Assembly: GCA_964016885.1 (NCBI GenBank)
Contig: OZ024743.1
Location: 69,130,001 to 69,194,000 of the forward strand
Source: Eledone cirrhosa
Lineage: Eukaryota
Direction: 5' to 3'
DNA length: 64,000 bases
Positions 21,426-37,720 of the stretch are shown piece after piece. A program made the translations under genes and the position numbers. Under the pieces are notes generated by a model. The model ran no database searches, was not told where the DNA came from, and worked only from the letters and a program-made list of their open reading frames with translations. Every line of letters begins with the position of its first letter. Position 1 is the first letter of the stretch.

Positions 21426-22193
21426 TAACATTATTTTAGAAATTAATTTAATTTAAATGTTAGTTAACCTATAAATTTAATTTAATTAAAATTTTATTAC
21501 AGATGAGAATATAAAATATTATGTAATCATAAATTGTGAAAAACCTTTAAATATTACTAATATATACTTAGTAATTTAATTTATAGATTAATTTTAATTT
21601 ATTTAAACCTTTTATTATAATTCTTTTACAGATAAAATATAACAAAATAATATCGTGTATCCAATGACAGAGAAATAATTCTTAGTATTATAGACCTAAT
21701 TAATATACATTTTAGAAATATATTTATAATTTGGTTTTAATTTTAATCAACCTAAAAATTTAATTATAATTAATGGTATACTTGTTTATTTTGAGATGCA
21801 TAGATTTTGCCTTATTTCTTGTTTATTGTATTTCCTAACACTGAAACTATGTAAAAACATACATTAGATCAAGATACGGAAAATATTCTATGTTTCTTGA
21901 AACATATATTTACTATGATCCCCTTCTCCAAACCCCCCCTTTCCCCCATACTATTATCATCTGTATTTGTAAGCGTGTATGTATGAATATATATGTAGGT
22001 AGGTGTCTATATATGTTTGGGTATTTATATCTGAATATAAAAATACATATATGCGCATGCAAATATGAATGTAAGATTGTGTGTGTATATATGAGTGTGT
22101 GTATGTATGTATATATGTGTATATATGCATGTGTATATGTATGTGTATGTGAATGTGTGTATGTGTATATGTATATATATATGTGTATATATG

Positions 22194-22226
<33 letters not shown>

Positions 22227-22462
22227 GTATGTATATATATATATGTATATATATGTGTATGTATGTATGTGTGTGTATGTGTGTTGTATATATATGTATG
22301 TCTCTCTATTTATATGTCTATCTTCGTATCTATGTGGATATATGTGTGTGTGTGCATGTATACACATATATGTGTTTATGTGTATATGTGTGTATGTGTG
22401 TATATATGTGTGTGTGCACACACATATATATGTGAGTGTGTATATGTGTCTGTGTATATGTA

Positions 22463-22506
<44 letters not shown>

Positions 22507-22562
22507 TGTCTATGTGTGAATATATGTCTATATTCGTATGTGTGTATATATGTATGTATATG

Positions 22563-22664
<102 letters not shown>

Positions 22665-22889
22665 TATTATTATAATATAACTTATGTGTATGTGTGTATA
22701 TGTGAGGGTGTGTATGTGTATATAATATGTGTATATATAAGTGTAAAAAAATATATATATATGTGCATGTCTGTTTTTTATGTGTGTGTATATATATATA
22801 TATACGTGTGTATATATATGTATATGTGGGTGTTTGTATGTGTATTTATGGTGGTATGTGTGTGTGGGTATGTATATATATATATGAAT

Positions 22890-22953
<64 letters not shown>

Positions 22954-23287
22954 CTCTATTAATGCGTGTATATATGTATATGCATATGCCTTTTTATTTT
23001 TATTTGTATGTCTGAGTTGGGTGAGGTTGTAGTGGTGTTTCTATGTATATACGCATATATGGATGCGTATGTATTTGTATATATGAGTATATGTAAGTGC
23101 ATATGTATGTATGATTATATATCTAATTCTATGTATGAATATATATGTATATATATGTGTGTATGTAAGTTGTGTGTGTATGTATGTATATGTCTATGTG
23201 TGTATATATATATATGTATGTATATCTATGTATGTGTATGTATGTACATGTATGTCTATGTATGTGTGTATGTATGTGTGTGTGTAT

Positions 23288-23345
<58 letters not shown>

Positions 23346-23572
23346 GTATATATCTTTATTATTTATTTTTTATATATATGTGTGTGTGTGTATGTGTGTG
23401 TGTGTGTGTGTATATATATCTTTATATATGTGTATGTGTATGTTCGTGTAGGTGTATGTGTGTGTATGACTTTATATGTATGTGTGTATGTGTGTATGCG
23501 TATATATTTCTATGTGTGTGTACATGTGTGTATGTGTGTGTATGTGTATGTGTGTGTATGTGTATATGTATG

Positions 23573-23625
<53 letters not shown>

Positions 23626-23961
23626 ATATATATATATATATATCTATATGTTTTTCTATTTGTATATGTATGTGTGTATAGGTATATACCTTTCTCTTTG
23701 TATGTCTAAGTTGTGTGATAGTGTAGTGGTGTTTGTATGTATATACCGATATATAGATGCGTAAGTATTTGTCTGTATGTATGTATGTAAGTCTGTATAT
23801 ATTTGTGTGTATATATAGCTATGTATGTGTATATCTGTATGTATATTAGTATGTAAGTGTTGTATATGTGCATGTATGTGTGTGGTTATATATATGTGTG
23901 TCTATATAGTATGTGTGATTATATGTATATGTATGCGTGTATGTATGTGTATATGCACATG

Positions 23962-24008
<47 letters not shown>

Positions 24009-24174
24009 ATTTATATGTATATGTGTATATGTATGTATGTGTGTATATGTATATGTTTATATATGTGTGTGTATGTATGTTCTTAGTGTGGATGTGTGTA
24101 TATGTATGTATGTGTTTGTATATGTGTGTATATATATGTATGTGTGTGTGTGTGTCTATGTATATATATGTATG

Positions 24175-24248
<74 letters not shown>

Positions 24249-24879
24249 CTTGATATATTTCTTTTTTCTTTTTTCTTTCTATTCTTTCCTCTTTAATGTT
24301 TATTTATTATTTATTATTTTTTATTTTCTTAGTTTATAGATACATCTATATTAGGCAGTCGGCTCAGACCGTTGAATACTGACCTCTCCCCCCCCCCCTC
24401 CCACCTAATTTCTGTATCTTGATCTAAATGTGTGTGCCAGTGTTTATGTGAGTGAATTAATATCCATGTGCTTATGATTTTATATCCACATATATAAATG
24501 TGAGTGGGGGTGTGTGTGTGTTTGTATGTTCGTGGTTATGTGTATATTTATGCATATACGCGCGTCTATGTGTGATTGTACGGATATGTGTGAGTATGAA
24601 AAAATATATTTATATACTTAATTTCATATTTGTGTGTCTATACGCATCTTATCTGTGCATTATAAACTTACAGAGACATTAACCTTGAAATTTTGTATTT
24701 GCATCCATCCTTTTAGTATGCGTATACAAATTATACATACATTTTTGTAAAATATGTGTAAGGGTTTTACATGTATATACACACACCGAACTGCATTTAA
24801 CCCTTTGTGTTTTCATTGGTCAATTTTCTTCCCAAACGGACCTGAAATTTTGAATTGTTGTTATTATCAATAAATATAC

Positions 24880-25033
24880 TTCATTATTTCTGAAGACGGC
24901 GTATATATGTGTTGGTATGTATATTTAATCTTGATAGTTTGTATAATTTTGTATAATTTTGTACATAGATCTGTTGAATATGCATGCCAATTCTAACACA
25001 TATATATCCTAGAAACGATCGTTAAATAATGAA
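24880..25033 (+). ncRNA. Type I hammerhead ribozyme with ~115-nt stem II in the Naiad 3' pLTR
   Basis: TTCATTATTT-CTGAAGA-[TATATATGTGTT/AACACATATATA; GGTATGTATATT/AATATGCATGCC]-GAAAC GATC GTT-AAATAATGAA; perfect 10-bp stem I. Confidence 0.8.
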
Positions 25034-25401
25034 CTTTTTTTGTTTAATATAAGGAACTGTCTCATTGTTTATTCATTATTTGTTTAATATTTTATATACA
25101 TACATATATATATACATACATACATATATATATACATATATATATATACATACATATATATATATATACACATACATATATATATATATATACATACATA
25201 TATATATACATACATATCTATATATATATATACATACATATATATATATATATACATACATATATATATACATACATATACATATATACACATACATATA
25301 TATATATACATACATATATATATATACACATACATATATATATATATACATACATACATACATATATATATATACATACATACATATATATACATATATA
25401 C

Positions 25402-25434
<33 letters not shown>

Positions 25435-25479
25435 CATATATATATACATACATATATACATACATACATATATATATAA

Positions 25480-25522
<43 letters not shown>

Positions 25523-25575
25523 TAAATTTATGTATATTTATGTATATACATATATATGTATGATTTTATAAACCC

Positions 25576-25606
<31 letters not shown>

Positions 25607-25736
25607 CATATATATATATACACATATATATATATATATATACATATATATATAAATATATATATACATATATATATATATACATATATATACATATATA
25701 TAGATATATACATATCTATATATATATATATACATA

Positions 25737-27022
25737 GTAATAATAATAAAATTGAAGACTAAAATCCAAAGAGGGCTCCATCAGGAAAATATATATCAAA
25801 TATATTAGAACCGTTGAGCAAATATTTATTAAAATAACAGATTAAAGTTTAAGCAAAGAATCGCTGCTTTCACCCTTAACGGGAACTTCTGAAACTAACA
25901 AAGTCAATCTGTAAACGCAGAACTGGATATTACAAAAAACGTTGCAACCGAAGGAAGACAGGAAGACGATACTTTGGTTCGTGGTAACGTACGCTATGCA
26001 AATAAGTAAAGGAATAAACCAAACAGATACTTAGCTCCCACATCAAGACGTAAAATATCCACGTATAGATCGTGCTATCCGTTAGGGTATAACGTGGGGC
26101 TGTAATACAGGAAAGTTTTGCGCAATTTATTTTTACAAGCCGAAATTGCCTCAGATTTTTTGTTTAAGATGTGGTCTGTAGCGTAGAGAATTTCCAGGGC
26201 CTCAGCGGCGCAGAGGTCACATGGTCTTTTATTTCCGTTATACGATCTAGCCCTAGCTAGGGTCTCCCAGTGTCAATTATATTGGGTGTGGTTGTCTTTT
26301 AGACTCCAGATATAAGCTGAAAGTGACGTCATATTCCTTCTTAGAGGGTAACGAAAAGAATGGGTATGCATGTAAAGACGCTGCTAGAAACTATTGGCGG
26401 TTAACCCTATGTAGGCCCTACGGGACGTGGGTGTTACAACCTTACATTTGTAGACAATGTTACTAGAGAGGCATTTCCCGGATAGGGGGCAATCAGCCCG
26501 ATTCCTACAATTACAGTTAGTACTAACTACAGGTTTGCACGTGTTCCTACGGCTAGGTAGTTTAGCTAAATTTGAAGCTGTGATGTTATGTGCAAGGCTA
26601 GGAGTCGTAGAGTAAGACATTTTAATAGTATTTCTATTAAAAATTTTACTATGTTTATGTGTAGGGGGAAAATGCTTCGTAATAAGGGAAAGAAAGATCT
26701 TAGCTAATGGTGTGGCCGCCTCCATATTATATGGTGGGTTATACCAACAAATGCGACGTGATCTATTTCTACTAGGTCTATATTCGTACTCTGTATATGC
26801 TACCTTATCGACAAATCCACTTCGAGCAAGAGCTTCATTGTAATAAGTGGAATGGTCGTTGAAAATGCGCTCGTTGGTGGAAAGACGGGAAAGCCTCAAC
26901 GAATCGTTTCCTACCAGGTTCTTGGTTATGCTGGCAGGATGGTTGGAATGCTTACTTATGTAATTAAGCGTATCATTCGGCTTTCTATACGGGTAATACA
27001 ACCCATTCAATAAATTGAGGGT
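25737..27022 (-). mobile_element. 5'-truncated, disrupted second Naiad-type PLE (coding relic 26075-27022, then 3' UTR)
   Basis: YPYRKPN...SNHP...WYNPPYN...[30 protein letters not shown]...YIWSLK...CDLCAAE...LNKKSE; TAG stop and frameshift. Confidence 0.88.
25846..25896 (-). ncRNA. Hammerhead-like motif (variant core CAGAAGU) in the 3' UTR of the second Naiad
   Basis: AGTTT-CAGAAGT-tCCC gttaa GGGt-GAAAGCA...TGCT-T-AAACT; paralogue at 39105-39157. Confidence 0.5.
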
Positions 27023-27064
27023 ATATATATATACATATATATATATACATATATAAATATACAC

Positions 27065-27129
<65 letters not shown>

Positions 27130-27164
27130 CATATATATATACATATATATATATATACATATAC

Positions 27165-27245
<81 letters not shown>

Positions 27246-27272
27246 CATATATGTATATATATACATATATAC

Positions 27273-27327
<55 letters not shown>

Positions 27328-27442
27328 CATATATACATATATATATACATATATACATATATATATATACATATATACATATATATATACATATATATAT
27401 ACATATATATATACATATATATATATATACATATATAAATAC

Positions 27443-27488
<46 letters not shown>

Positions 27489-27711
27489 TATCTTCCAACG
27501 GTTTTCAACCTCTCTATGTAAAACAATATATCTTTCTCAGTTAGAAAAGCTATCTCTCTCTCTCTCTCTCTATCACCCATCTCTCCTCCTATCTCATCCT
27601 TCCTCATTATACTCCTCTCTCTCCACTTTTTACTCTCATCTCCTTCTCTTTTTCACCCCCTCCCCTCAAAATAAAATAGTTTTTCCCAATATCACACATC
27701 AATCTAAAACT

Positions 27712-27977
27712 ACTTTTCATATGTTGATTTAAAACTGCACTATCTACAAGAGTTTTTTAACCTTCATATCATGTCTTCCTGTTTTATCTGATGAAAACAC
27801 AAATATTATTGCATGATGATATTTGTTTTTGAAATGCGCATAATAAAATACATGGAACTCTTTTAACCATCTTTTGTTCTTATATATCATGTATACTCCA
27901 GTCCTACAAACTGTAGAGTACTTCTTATCCGATATCTGCATTGCTTTATTGTACTACAATAAAACTCACCTCCTACA
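27712..27977 (+). mobile_element. ~265 bp non-autonomous HHR-bearing element (solo pLTR/retrozyme-like); paralogues at 54557-55003
   Basis: Closely matches both arms of 54557-55003; ends in (TA)n. Confidence 0.8.
27782..27848 (+). ncRNA. Type I hammerhead ribozyme
   Basis: TTTTAT-CTGATGA-long stem II (ACAAATATTATT..GATGATATTTGT)-GAAA TGCGCA TA-ATAAAA; palindromic ATGCGCAT stem III. Confidence 0.8.
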
Positions 27978-27990
27978 TATATATATATAT

Positions 27991-28054
<64 letters not shown>

Positions 28055-28057
<3 letters not shown>

Positions 28058-28217
28058 AAAGTGTTTAACCCCGACGGCATAGCTCAAGCAATTTCGACGG
28101 CTACTTGATTTCTGCCGTCGGGGTTAAACATTTTCATATTACCTACTCTACTACCGTAAGTATTGAGTTCTCTGGTGCGTTATTGTCTATCTGGTTCCTT
28201 ACCACACCTCCTTCGTT
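28055..28217 (+). mobile_element. Hairpin-plus-tail short element (family also at 53757-53965 and 57040-57235)
   Basis: tgtttaaccccgacggca...tgccgtcggggttaaaca foldback, then a ctactacc.taagtat...ggtgcgttat tail; flanked by (TA)n. Confidence 0.7.
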
Positions 28218-29146
28218 ATATATATATACATACATATATATATTTATTACTATTATTGTGTGTGTGCGTGTGTGTGTGCGTGTGCGTGTGCGTGTGCGTG
28301 TGCGTGTGTGTGTGTGTGTGTAAGTTAACATTGTCCAACCATACATACATCATGAAAAGTAACCAAAACGATTCATGGTTTCTTGAGAAACCAATTCGAA
28401 TGTTAAAATCCTCATCGAATCCAAAACTACAGGCAGTGTTAACTACTGTGGAAATCTAAATCCTAATGAAACCATGTCTACAATCAACAAATAAACATGT
28501 TTTTTGTAACATAAGTGTGGTTAATTCACTTGTCTAAGGCTAGTAATCGAATATTTGTATTTTTGTATTCGAACACGTCACTGTATATTACTTCGCTTTC
28601 AGTGATATAACCAAAAGAAGTTATTTTTATTTTTTATTTTTGTGTAATACAAATAAAAACTAACATTTATACAAACAAATTATATAAACAAATTATAACA
28701 ACAACAATAAGAACTATGAAGATGAAGGCAGAGAGAAAAATAAATAAAATAAAAGCCAGAAAAAATAAAGAAACTAAAACACGAAAAAAGTTTTAAATAC
28801 GCCAAATACAGCAACAATATTAAAGTTTTCTATAATTATGACCGTAAGATCTAAAAACCTGAAAGCATAATAATGTTTTCGAAGAATTCAACGAAGCGAG
28901 AAGAGAGTCAAATGTTTGATCAAAGTTAATGATGGTGATTTCTTTATATTTATTTCGTCATACCTTTTTTTTTTACTTGATGTTTACCATTGTCATGCGG
29001 TTCGTTGAATTTGTAAATTACATTAGCTTAGAGGAAACAAACATATTATATTATATAGTTTATATAGCAGGGGAAATGGACGTTAAATAATAATGATGCT
29101 GATGATATATATATATACCTACATATATACATACATAGATACATAC

Positions 29147-29180
<34 letters not shown>

Positions 29181-29299
29181 GCAATCATTTAGAAAAATGC
29201 TGAGCATGATTACCCACAAGACTAGCTATTATCATTATTATCATTATTATTACCACTAATAAAATGAAGGTGATGATGATGATGATGATGATGATAATG

Positions 29300-29339
<40 letters not shown>

Positions 29340-29758
29340 ACATATCAATAACGATAATAATAATAATTGTATAATTGCGTGCATCACGGCATGCAAACAA
29401 CCTAATGAAGCTATCTTGAAATGGGTTTGTAAAATTCAACGTAGATGTGCTGACGATGGCGATATCGATCTGTCATTTACCAATATTTGATACTGCTGCT
29501 TCTTATGAGTATGTTGCTGCTACTGATGGCGTTGATGGGTTCGTTGTTGTTGTTGTTTTAATGTAATGGGGTAGAGGGGGCTGGTGTTGGTTTAAAGAAT
29601 TTGGATAGTCTTGGGTGCGGTTGTGGTAGTAATTATTTGGCAGTATTTGGTGATGTAGGTAATGACTATGATGATGATGATACTGTATGTGTTTATCTCA
29701 CTTTCTCTGTCTGTCTCTACCTATAGCTCGCTCATTTTCACACACACATATACACACA

Positions 29759-29801
<43 letters not shown>

Positions 29802-29805
29802 TCTC

Positions 29806-29882
<77 letters not shown>

Positions 29883-29939
29883 AATATATATATTATATAT
29901 ATAATATAAAAAATGTTATATATATATATATATAATATA

Positions 29940-30027
<88 letters not shown>

Positions 30028-30183
30028 TTGGTTCTCTGAAATAGCGATATATATATGAATGTATATATAGTATATTTTACAATACATTGTATGCTTAATT
30101 AAAAGCATTTCGAAGACCTTACTCTATTGTTTTAGAGTAGTGACAGTCTTACTTACTTTAAATTTTCAGCAAACAGGGTAGAT

Positions 30184-30230
30184 AAAGCTGACATAGCTCT
30201 GTTTCGTACTGATTGATACTTATCAAAGCC
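30184..30230 (-). ncRNA. Hammerhead ribozyme, U3-A8 core
   Basis: GGCT-TTGATAA-GTAT caatca GTAC-GAAAC AGAGCTAT GTC-AGCT. Confidence 0.6.
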
Positions 30231-30382
30231 AAGTACATTCATATATCGCTATTTCAGAGCACCAATTCTAATTTTCAATTTCTGCCTGACTGGCAACCGC
30301 TCTGTATGATCAGTTCCAGATTATTACTAGAATTCTATAAGAATCAAACATTCATGATTTTCAGCAAACAGGTGGAGTACTT

Positions 30383-30427
30383 AGCTTGGATAAGTACCAA
30401 TCAGTACGAAACAGAGCTCTGTCAGCT
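30383..30427 (+). ncRNA. Hammerhead-like motif, U3-A8 core with an additional U4G change
   Basis: AGCT-TGGATAA-GTAC caatca GTAC-GAAAC AGAGCTCT GTC-AGCT. Confidence 0.5.
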
Positions 30428-30573
30428 TTATCTCCCCTGTTTGCTGAAAATTTAAAGCAATTAAGACTGTCACTACTCGAAAACAATAGCGTAAGGTCTT
30501 CGAAATGCTTTTAATTAAGCATACAATGTATTGCAAAATACACTATATATACATCGCTATTTCAGAGCACCAA

Positions 30574-30645
<72 letters not shown>

Positions 30646-30730
30646 GAAAAATTGAACAGGGACAGAACAGAGAGGCAGTACGATAAATGTTTATTAAATT
30701 CACGCTCAGGAGAGTGGGGGGTAGGTGGAG

Positions 30731-30765
30731 GACGACGTTTCGGGCATAAGCCCTTCTTCAGGTGA
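30731..30765 (-). ncRNA. Minimal Penelope-type hammerhead within a pLTR fragment (~30640-31200)
   Basis: CTGAAGA-a-GGGC ttat GCCC-GAAAC GTC; same context (ccttttgaact...) as 6811-6846; stem I is weak. Confidence 0.65.
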
Positions 30766-31225
30766 GAGTTCAAAAGGTGTGTAGGGGAGTGGTGGAGAGA
30801 CATATAGCGAAAGGAAACGGTGCGAATGAAAATTTAACAAATAAAGACAAAAATATAATAAATAATAAATAAAAATAAAGCATGATCAAAATACAAGGAA
30901 TGAGAACATTTAAAAATAAAGGCATGATAGGCGATCGTGAACAAAAAATCATAGAAATATCATAAAGGTAATGACACAGGCGATCCTGAAGAAAAAATCA
31001 TAGAAATATCGTAGAGGTAATGACACAGGCGATCGTGAACAAAAAAATCATGGAATACAATTGTAGGAACATAGGCAAAGAATCATATACGGAAAAAAAG
31101 GGGTACGGTTATTCTTCGTATTTAATATAGTAGATATAAAGACAAACATATATAAACGATATTTATGTAGTGTATGTATCGAGAGAAGAGAGAAAGTGAG
31201 AGAGAGAGAGTGAGAGAGAGAGAGG

Positions 31226-31315
<90 letters not shown>

Positions 31316-31374
31316 GATAAATAAAAATAGAAAGAACAGACTAGACAATGCTATATATATATATATATATTTAC

Positions 31375-31408
<34 letters not shown>

Positions 31409-31601
31409 TTATATTATATATATATATATATGTATATTTATATTATATATATATATATATATTATATATATATATATATATAATATATATATATATATAT
31501 TTTTTTTTTTAGTATATATATATATATATATATATATTTTTATATTTAATATATATATATATATTTATATTATATATATATATTTTTTTTTTTTTATATT
31601 A

Positions 31602-31632
<31 letters not shown>

Positions 31633-31735
31633 TTTATATATATATATATATTTATATTATATATATATATATATATTTTTTTTATATTATATATATATAT
31701 ATATATATAATATATATATATATATTTTTTTATAT

Positions 31736-31767
<32 letters not shown>

Positions 31768-31833
31768 ATTATTTATATATCTATATATATATATTTATAT
31801 TATATATACATATATATATTTATATTATATATA

Positions 31834-31874
<41 letters not shown>

Positions 31875-31884
31875 TATATATATA

Positions 31885-31945
<61 letters not shown>

Positions 31946-32237
31946 ATCTATATATATATTATATATATTTATATATTATATATATATATATATATTATAT
32001 ATATTTATATATTATATATATATATATATGCATATTTATATATATATGGATTTTTATATATTTATATATGTATATATATATACATTTATATATATATATA
32101 TATATATATATACATTTATATATATATATAAATACATTTATATATATATATATATATACATTTATATATATATATGTATATTTATATATATATTTACATT
32201 TATATATATATATGTACATTTATATATATATATATAC

Positions 32238-32275
<38 letters not shown>

Positions 32276-32542
32276 TTATATATATATATATATATATATA
32301 TACATTTATATATATATATAAATATATATATATATACATTTATATATATATATAAATATATATATATATACATTTATATATATATATAAATATATATATA
32401 TATAAATATATATATATATACATTTATATATATATATATATATATATAAATATATATATATATACATATATAAATATATATATATAAATATATATATATA
32501 AATATATATATATAAATATTTATATATATATATACGTTTATG

Positions 32543-32584
<42 letters not shown>

Positions 32585-32610
32585 TATACATTTATATATA
32601 TATATACATT

Positions 32611-32654
<44 letters not shown>

Positions 32655-32699
32655 TATACATTTATATATATATATACATTTATATATATATATGTATAC

Positions 32700-32737
<38 letters not shown>

Positions 32738-32765
32738 TTATATATATATATATATATATATATAC

Positions 32766-32837
<72 letters not shown>

Positions 32838-33130
32838 TTATATATATATATATATATATATACATTTATATATATATATATACATTTATATATATATACA
32901 TTTATATATATATATATATATATATATACATTTATATATTTATATATATATATATATACATTTATATACTTTATTCCGGGTTGAATCGGAGGTAACCACA
33001 GTAAGTAAGGTACTCAATACATAGCAGAGTATAAAAGTTTTAATATAGATGAGATTCTACAGGACTAGAACTGTTTCATTCATTAGAAATCATCAATATA
33101 TATATATACATTTATATATATATATACATT

Positions 33131-33162
<32 letters not shown>

Positions 33163-33218
33163 CATTTATATATATATACATTTATATATATATATACATT
33201 TATATATATATATATACT

Positions 33219-33289
<71 letters not shown>

Positions 33290-33311
33290 TTATATATATA
33301 TATATATATAC

Positions 33312-33345
<34 letters not shown>

Positions 33346-33373
33346 TTATATATATATATATATATATATATAC

Positions 33374-33421
<48 letters not shown>

Positions 33422-33466
33422 TTATATATATATATATATACATTTATATATATATATATACATTTA

Positions 33467-33503
<37 letters not shown>

Positions 33504-33526
33504 TTATATATATATATACATTTATA

Positions 33527-33560
<34 letters not shown>

Positions 33561-33563
<3 letters not shown>

Positions 33564-33739
33564 GCTGAAGTAACCAGCTTCGCCGGGGTTAACAATTTAT
33601 AAGAGAAGACAGACAGAAGCGAAACCGTTTGTATTGAATGCATTGTCTTGTTTACACTGTGTGTGTGTATGATTGTGTGTGTTTGTGTATATATATATAT
33701 GTGTGTGTGTGTATGACTGTTGGTGTGTGTGTATATATA

Positions 33740-33835
<96 letters not shown>

Positions 33836-34913
33836 CCTGTGTGAGTGTTCGTGTGTGAGGGAGTGCGTGTGCATGTGTGTGTGTAAACCACCGTTGGAAT
33901 CGGAGACATAGGCCGCGAAACACGATCATCACTGACAACGAACTCGAGAGAGAATCCCTTATGGTTGATTCCCAACCTGCTAGAAATAACAGTCAGGTTG
34001 GTTAGCATACGTGGTAAGTCTTTCTTCTTCTTTGGTGTTATAAAATGAGTATCAACAAACTTTCCTGGATATACCCTAATCCCAATCCTCTACATACTTT
34101 CCGATTGTCACTTTTCGTTTTTTTCGTGTGATACGCGAAGGAAACAACCAACAAAGATTTCTCTTTTATATCTCTTTTATTTGTTCATTCAAAATATTTT
34201 CCAGCTAATTCTGTCGTACAATATACATCAGCAATCTAATGTTTAAAACATGGGAATAGCTGCGATATATGCACCATATCAATCAAAAACGATATGAGAA
34301 TTGAATACCATACTAAAGCGTTAATAAGCTTGCCAAGAACCTGCAGATAGAAATGTTAATAAATACAATTGGCTTGGGTAAACTTTAACATGTTCTTTCA
34401 TTGTAGGTTTCTTTTCTTAGCCAGTACGTTAAAGAAAATTGATAGTTGCAACAATAAAGGTTGAACAGAGAACACATTTTTTTAACAAACTTTACAATAA
34501 TTTGTACAGCCATAATGGAAATTCCAAGTAACAGAAAATACATAAATTACATTGTTAGAGCCTCAGGTTATACAACATTTTTTGTTCGGCTCTTGGGAGC
34601 AGAGATGAAGAGATTGTTTGGCGAGCTCACCCTAGACCATCCTACATACAATTGACCATGGTTTTCCCAGATGAAGGCCAGTCACATTTAGGGTTTGACT
34701 CTCAGCTTTGTTGATGGTAATCGCGAAGCTTAGTCTCTCTGTTGTTCTAGTAACATTTTTTTCTTATGGAAAATCTGATCTTGCGGCCAGGCTAGGACTT
34801 TTTGGGTGGCATATCGGCAGTAACAATGACGATACGCCGTCTGTGCTTTCGTGAAATAAATACGTTTGTTTATATTTTGTTTTTTGTGTATGCAAAAATA
34901 TCTGTACACGAAT
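33561..34913 (-). mobile_element. Non-autonomous Helitron, copy 1 (helicase relic 34556-34737)
   Basis: Duplicate of 37720-39077; terminal CTAG mutated to CTAT. Confidence 0.75.
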
Positions 34914-34983
34914 ATATAATACAAAAAATGTTATATATATATATATATAATATAAAAATATATATATATATATATATAATATA

Positions 34984-35127
<144 letters not shown>

Positions 35128-35291
35128 TTAGAATTGGTGCTCTGAAATAGCGATATATATATGAATGTATATATAGTGTATTTTGCAATACATTGTATGC
35201 TTAATTAAAAGCATTTCGAAGACCTTACTCTATTGTTTTAGAGTAGTGACAGTCTTACTTACTTTAAATTTTCAGCAAACAGGGTAGATAA

Positions 35292-35336
35292 AGCTGACAT
35301 AGCTCTGTTTCGTACTGATTGGTACTTATCAAAGCC
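35292..35336 (-). ncRNA. Hammerhead ribozyme, U3-A8 core (best-preserved copy)
   Basis: GGCT-TTGATAA-GTAC caatca GTAC-GAAAC AGAGCTAT GTC-AGCT. Confidence 0.65.
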
Positions 35337-35679
35337 AAGTACATTCATATATCGCTATTTCAGAGCACCAATTCTTATTTTCAATTTCTGCCTGACCTGC
35401 AACCGCTCTGTATGATCAGTTCCAGATTATTACTAGAATTCTATAAGAATCAAACATTCATGATTTTCAGCAAACAGGTGGAGTACTTAGCTTGGAAAAG
35501 TACCAATCAGTACGAAACAAAGCTCTGTCAGCTTTATCTCCCCTGTTTGCTGAAAATTTAAAGCAAGTAAGACTGTCACTACTCGAAAACAATAGCGTAA
35601 GGTCTTCGAAATGCTTTTAATTAAGCATACAATGTATTGCAAAATACACTATATATACATCGCTATTTCAGAGCACCAA

Positions 35680-35735
<56 letters not shown>

Positions 35736-35764
35736 TATATTATATATATATATATATGTATATT

Positions 35765-35848
<84 letters not shown>

Positions 35849-35986
35849 TTTTTTAGTATATATATATATATATATATTTTTATATTTTATATATATATAT
35901 ATATTTATATTATATATATATATATATATATATTTATATTTTATATATATATATATAATAATATTATATATATATATATTTTTTTT

Positions 35987-36060
<74 letters not shown>

Positions 36061-36154
36061 ATTTTTTTTTTATATTATATATACATATTTTTATATTATA
36101 TATATATATATATATTTATATTATATATACATATATATATTTATATTATATATA

Positions 36155-36195
<41 letters not shown>

Positions 36196-36212
36196 TATAT
36201 ATATATATATAT

Positions 36213-36267
<55 letters not shown>

Positions 36268-36268
36268 T

Positions 36269-36300
<32 letters not shown>

Positions 36301-36564
36301 GCATATTTATATATATATGGATTTTTATATATTTATATATGTATATATATACATTTATATATATATATAGATATACATTTATATATATATATAAATACAT
36401 TTATATATATATATAGATATACATTTATATATATATATAAATACATTTATATATATATATATACATTTATATATATATATGTACATTTATATATATATGT
36501 ACATTTATATATATATATGTACATTTATATATATATATACATTTATATATATATATATATTTAC

Positions 36565-36620
<56 letters not shown>

Positions 36621-36860
36621 TTATATATATATATAAATATATATATATATACATTTATATATATATATATATACATTTATATATATATATAAATATATAT
36701 ATATATACATTTATATATATATATAAACATATATATATATACATTTATATATATATATAAATATATATATATATTTATATATATATATAAATATATATAT
36801 ATATTTATATATATATATATATATATACATTTATATATATATAAATATATATATATATAC

Positions 36861-36908
<48 letters not shown>

Positions 36909-36970
36909 TTATATATATATATAAATATATATATACATTTATATATATATATAAATATATATATATATAC

Positions 36971-37011
<41 letters not shown>

Positions 37012-37026
37012 TATATATATATAAAT

Positions 37027-37061
<35 letters not shown>

Positions 37062-37062
37062 A

Positions 37063-37116
<54 letters not shown>

Positions 37117-37144
37117 TTATATATATATATATATATATATATAC

Positions 37145-37178
<34 letters not shown>

Positions 37179-37402
37179 TTATATATATATATATATATAT
37201 ATACATTTATATATATATATATATATATATACATTTATATATATATAAATATATACATTTATATATATATACATTTATATATATATATATATATATACAT
37301 TTATATATATATATATACATATATATATATACATTTATATATATATACATTTATATATATATATACATTTATATATATATATACATTTATATATATATAT
37401 AC

Positions 37403-37440
<38 letters not shown>

Positions 37441-37452
37441 TTATATATATAC

Positions 37453-37496
<44 letters not shown>

Positions 37497-37508
37497 TTAT
37501 ATATATAC

Positions 37509-37550
<42 letters not shown>

Positions 37551-37610
37551 TTATATATATATATATATATATATACATTTATATATATATATATACATTT
37601 ATTAATATAT

Positions 37611-37658
<48 letters not shown>

Positions 37659-37674
37659 TTATATATATATATAC

Positions 37675-37719
<45 letters not shown>

Positions 37720-37720
<1 letters not shown>

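Larger units (their letters stand above)
30025..30579. mobile_element. Foldback element with ~210 bp inverted arms, each carrying an HHR motif (copy 2 at 35129-35684)
   Basis: 30025-30236 is the reverse complement of 30377-30579. Confidence 0.8.

Noticed and set aside
32972-33097. HHR-like relic (paralogue at 56325-56458)
   Set aside because: Core or stems are broken in both copies (truncated TGATGA; GTGATGA...TAAAC), so it cannot be called a ribozyme.
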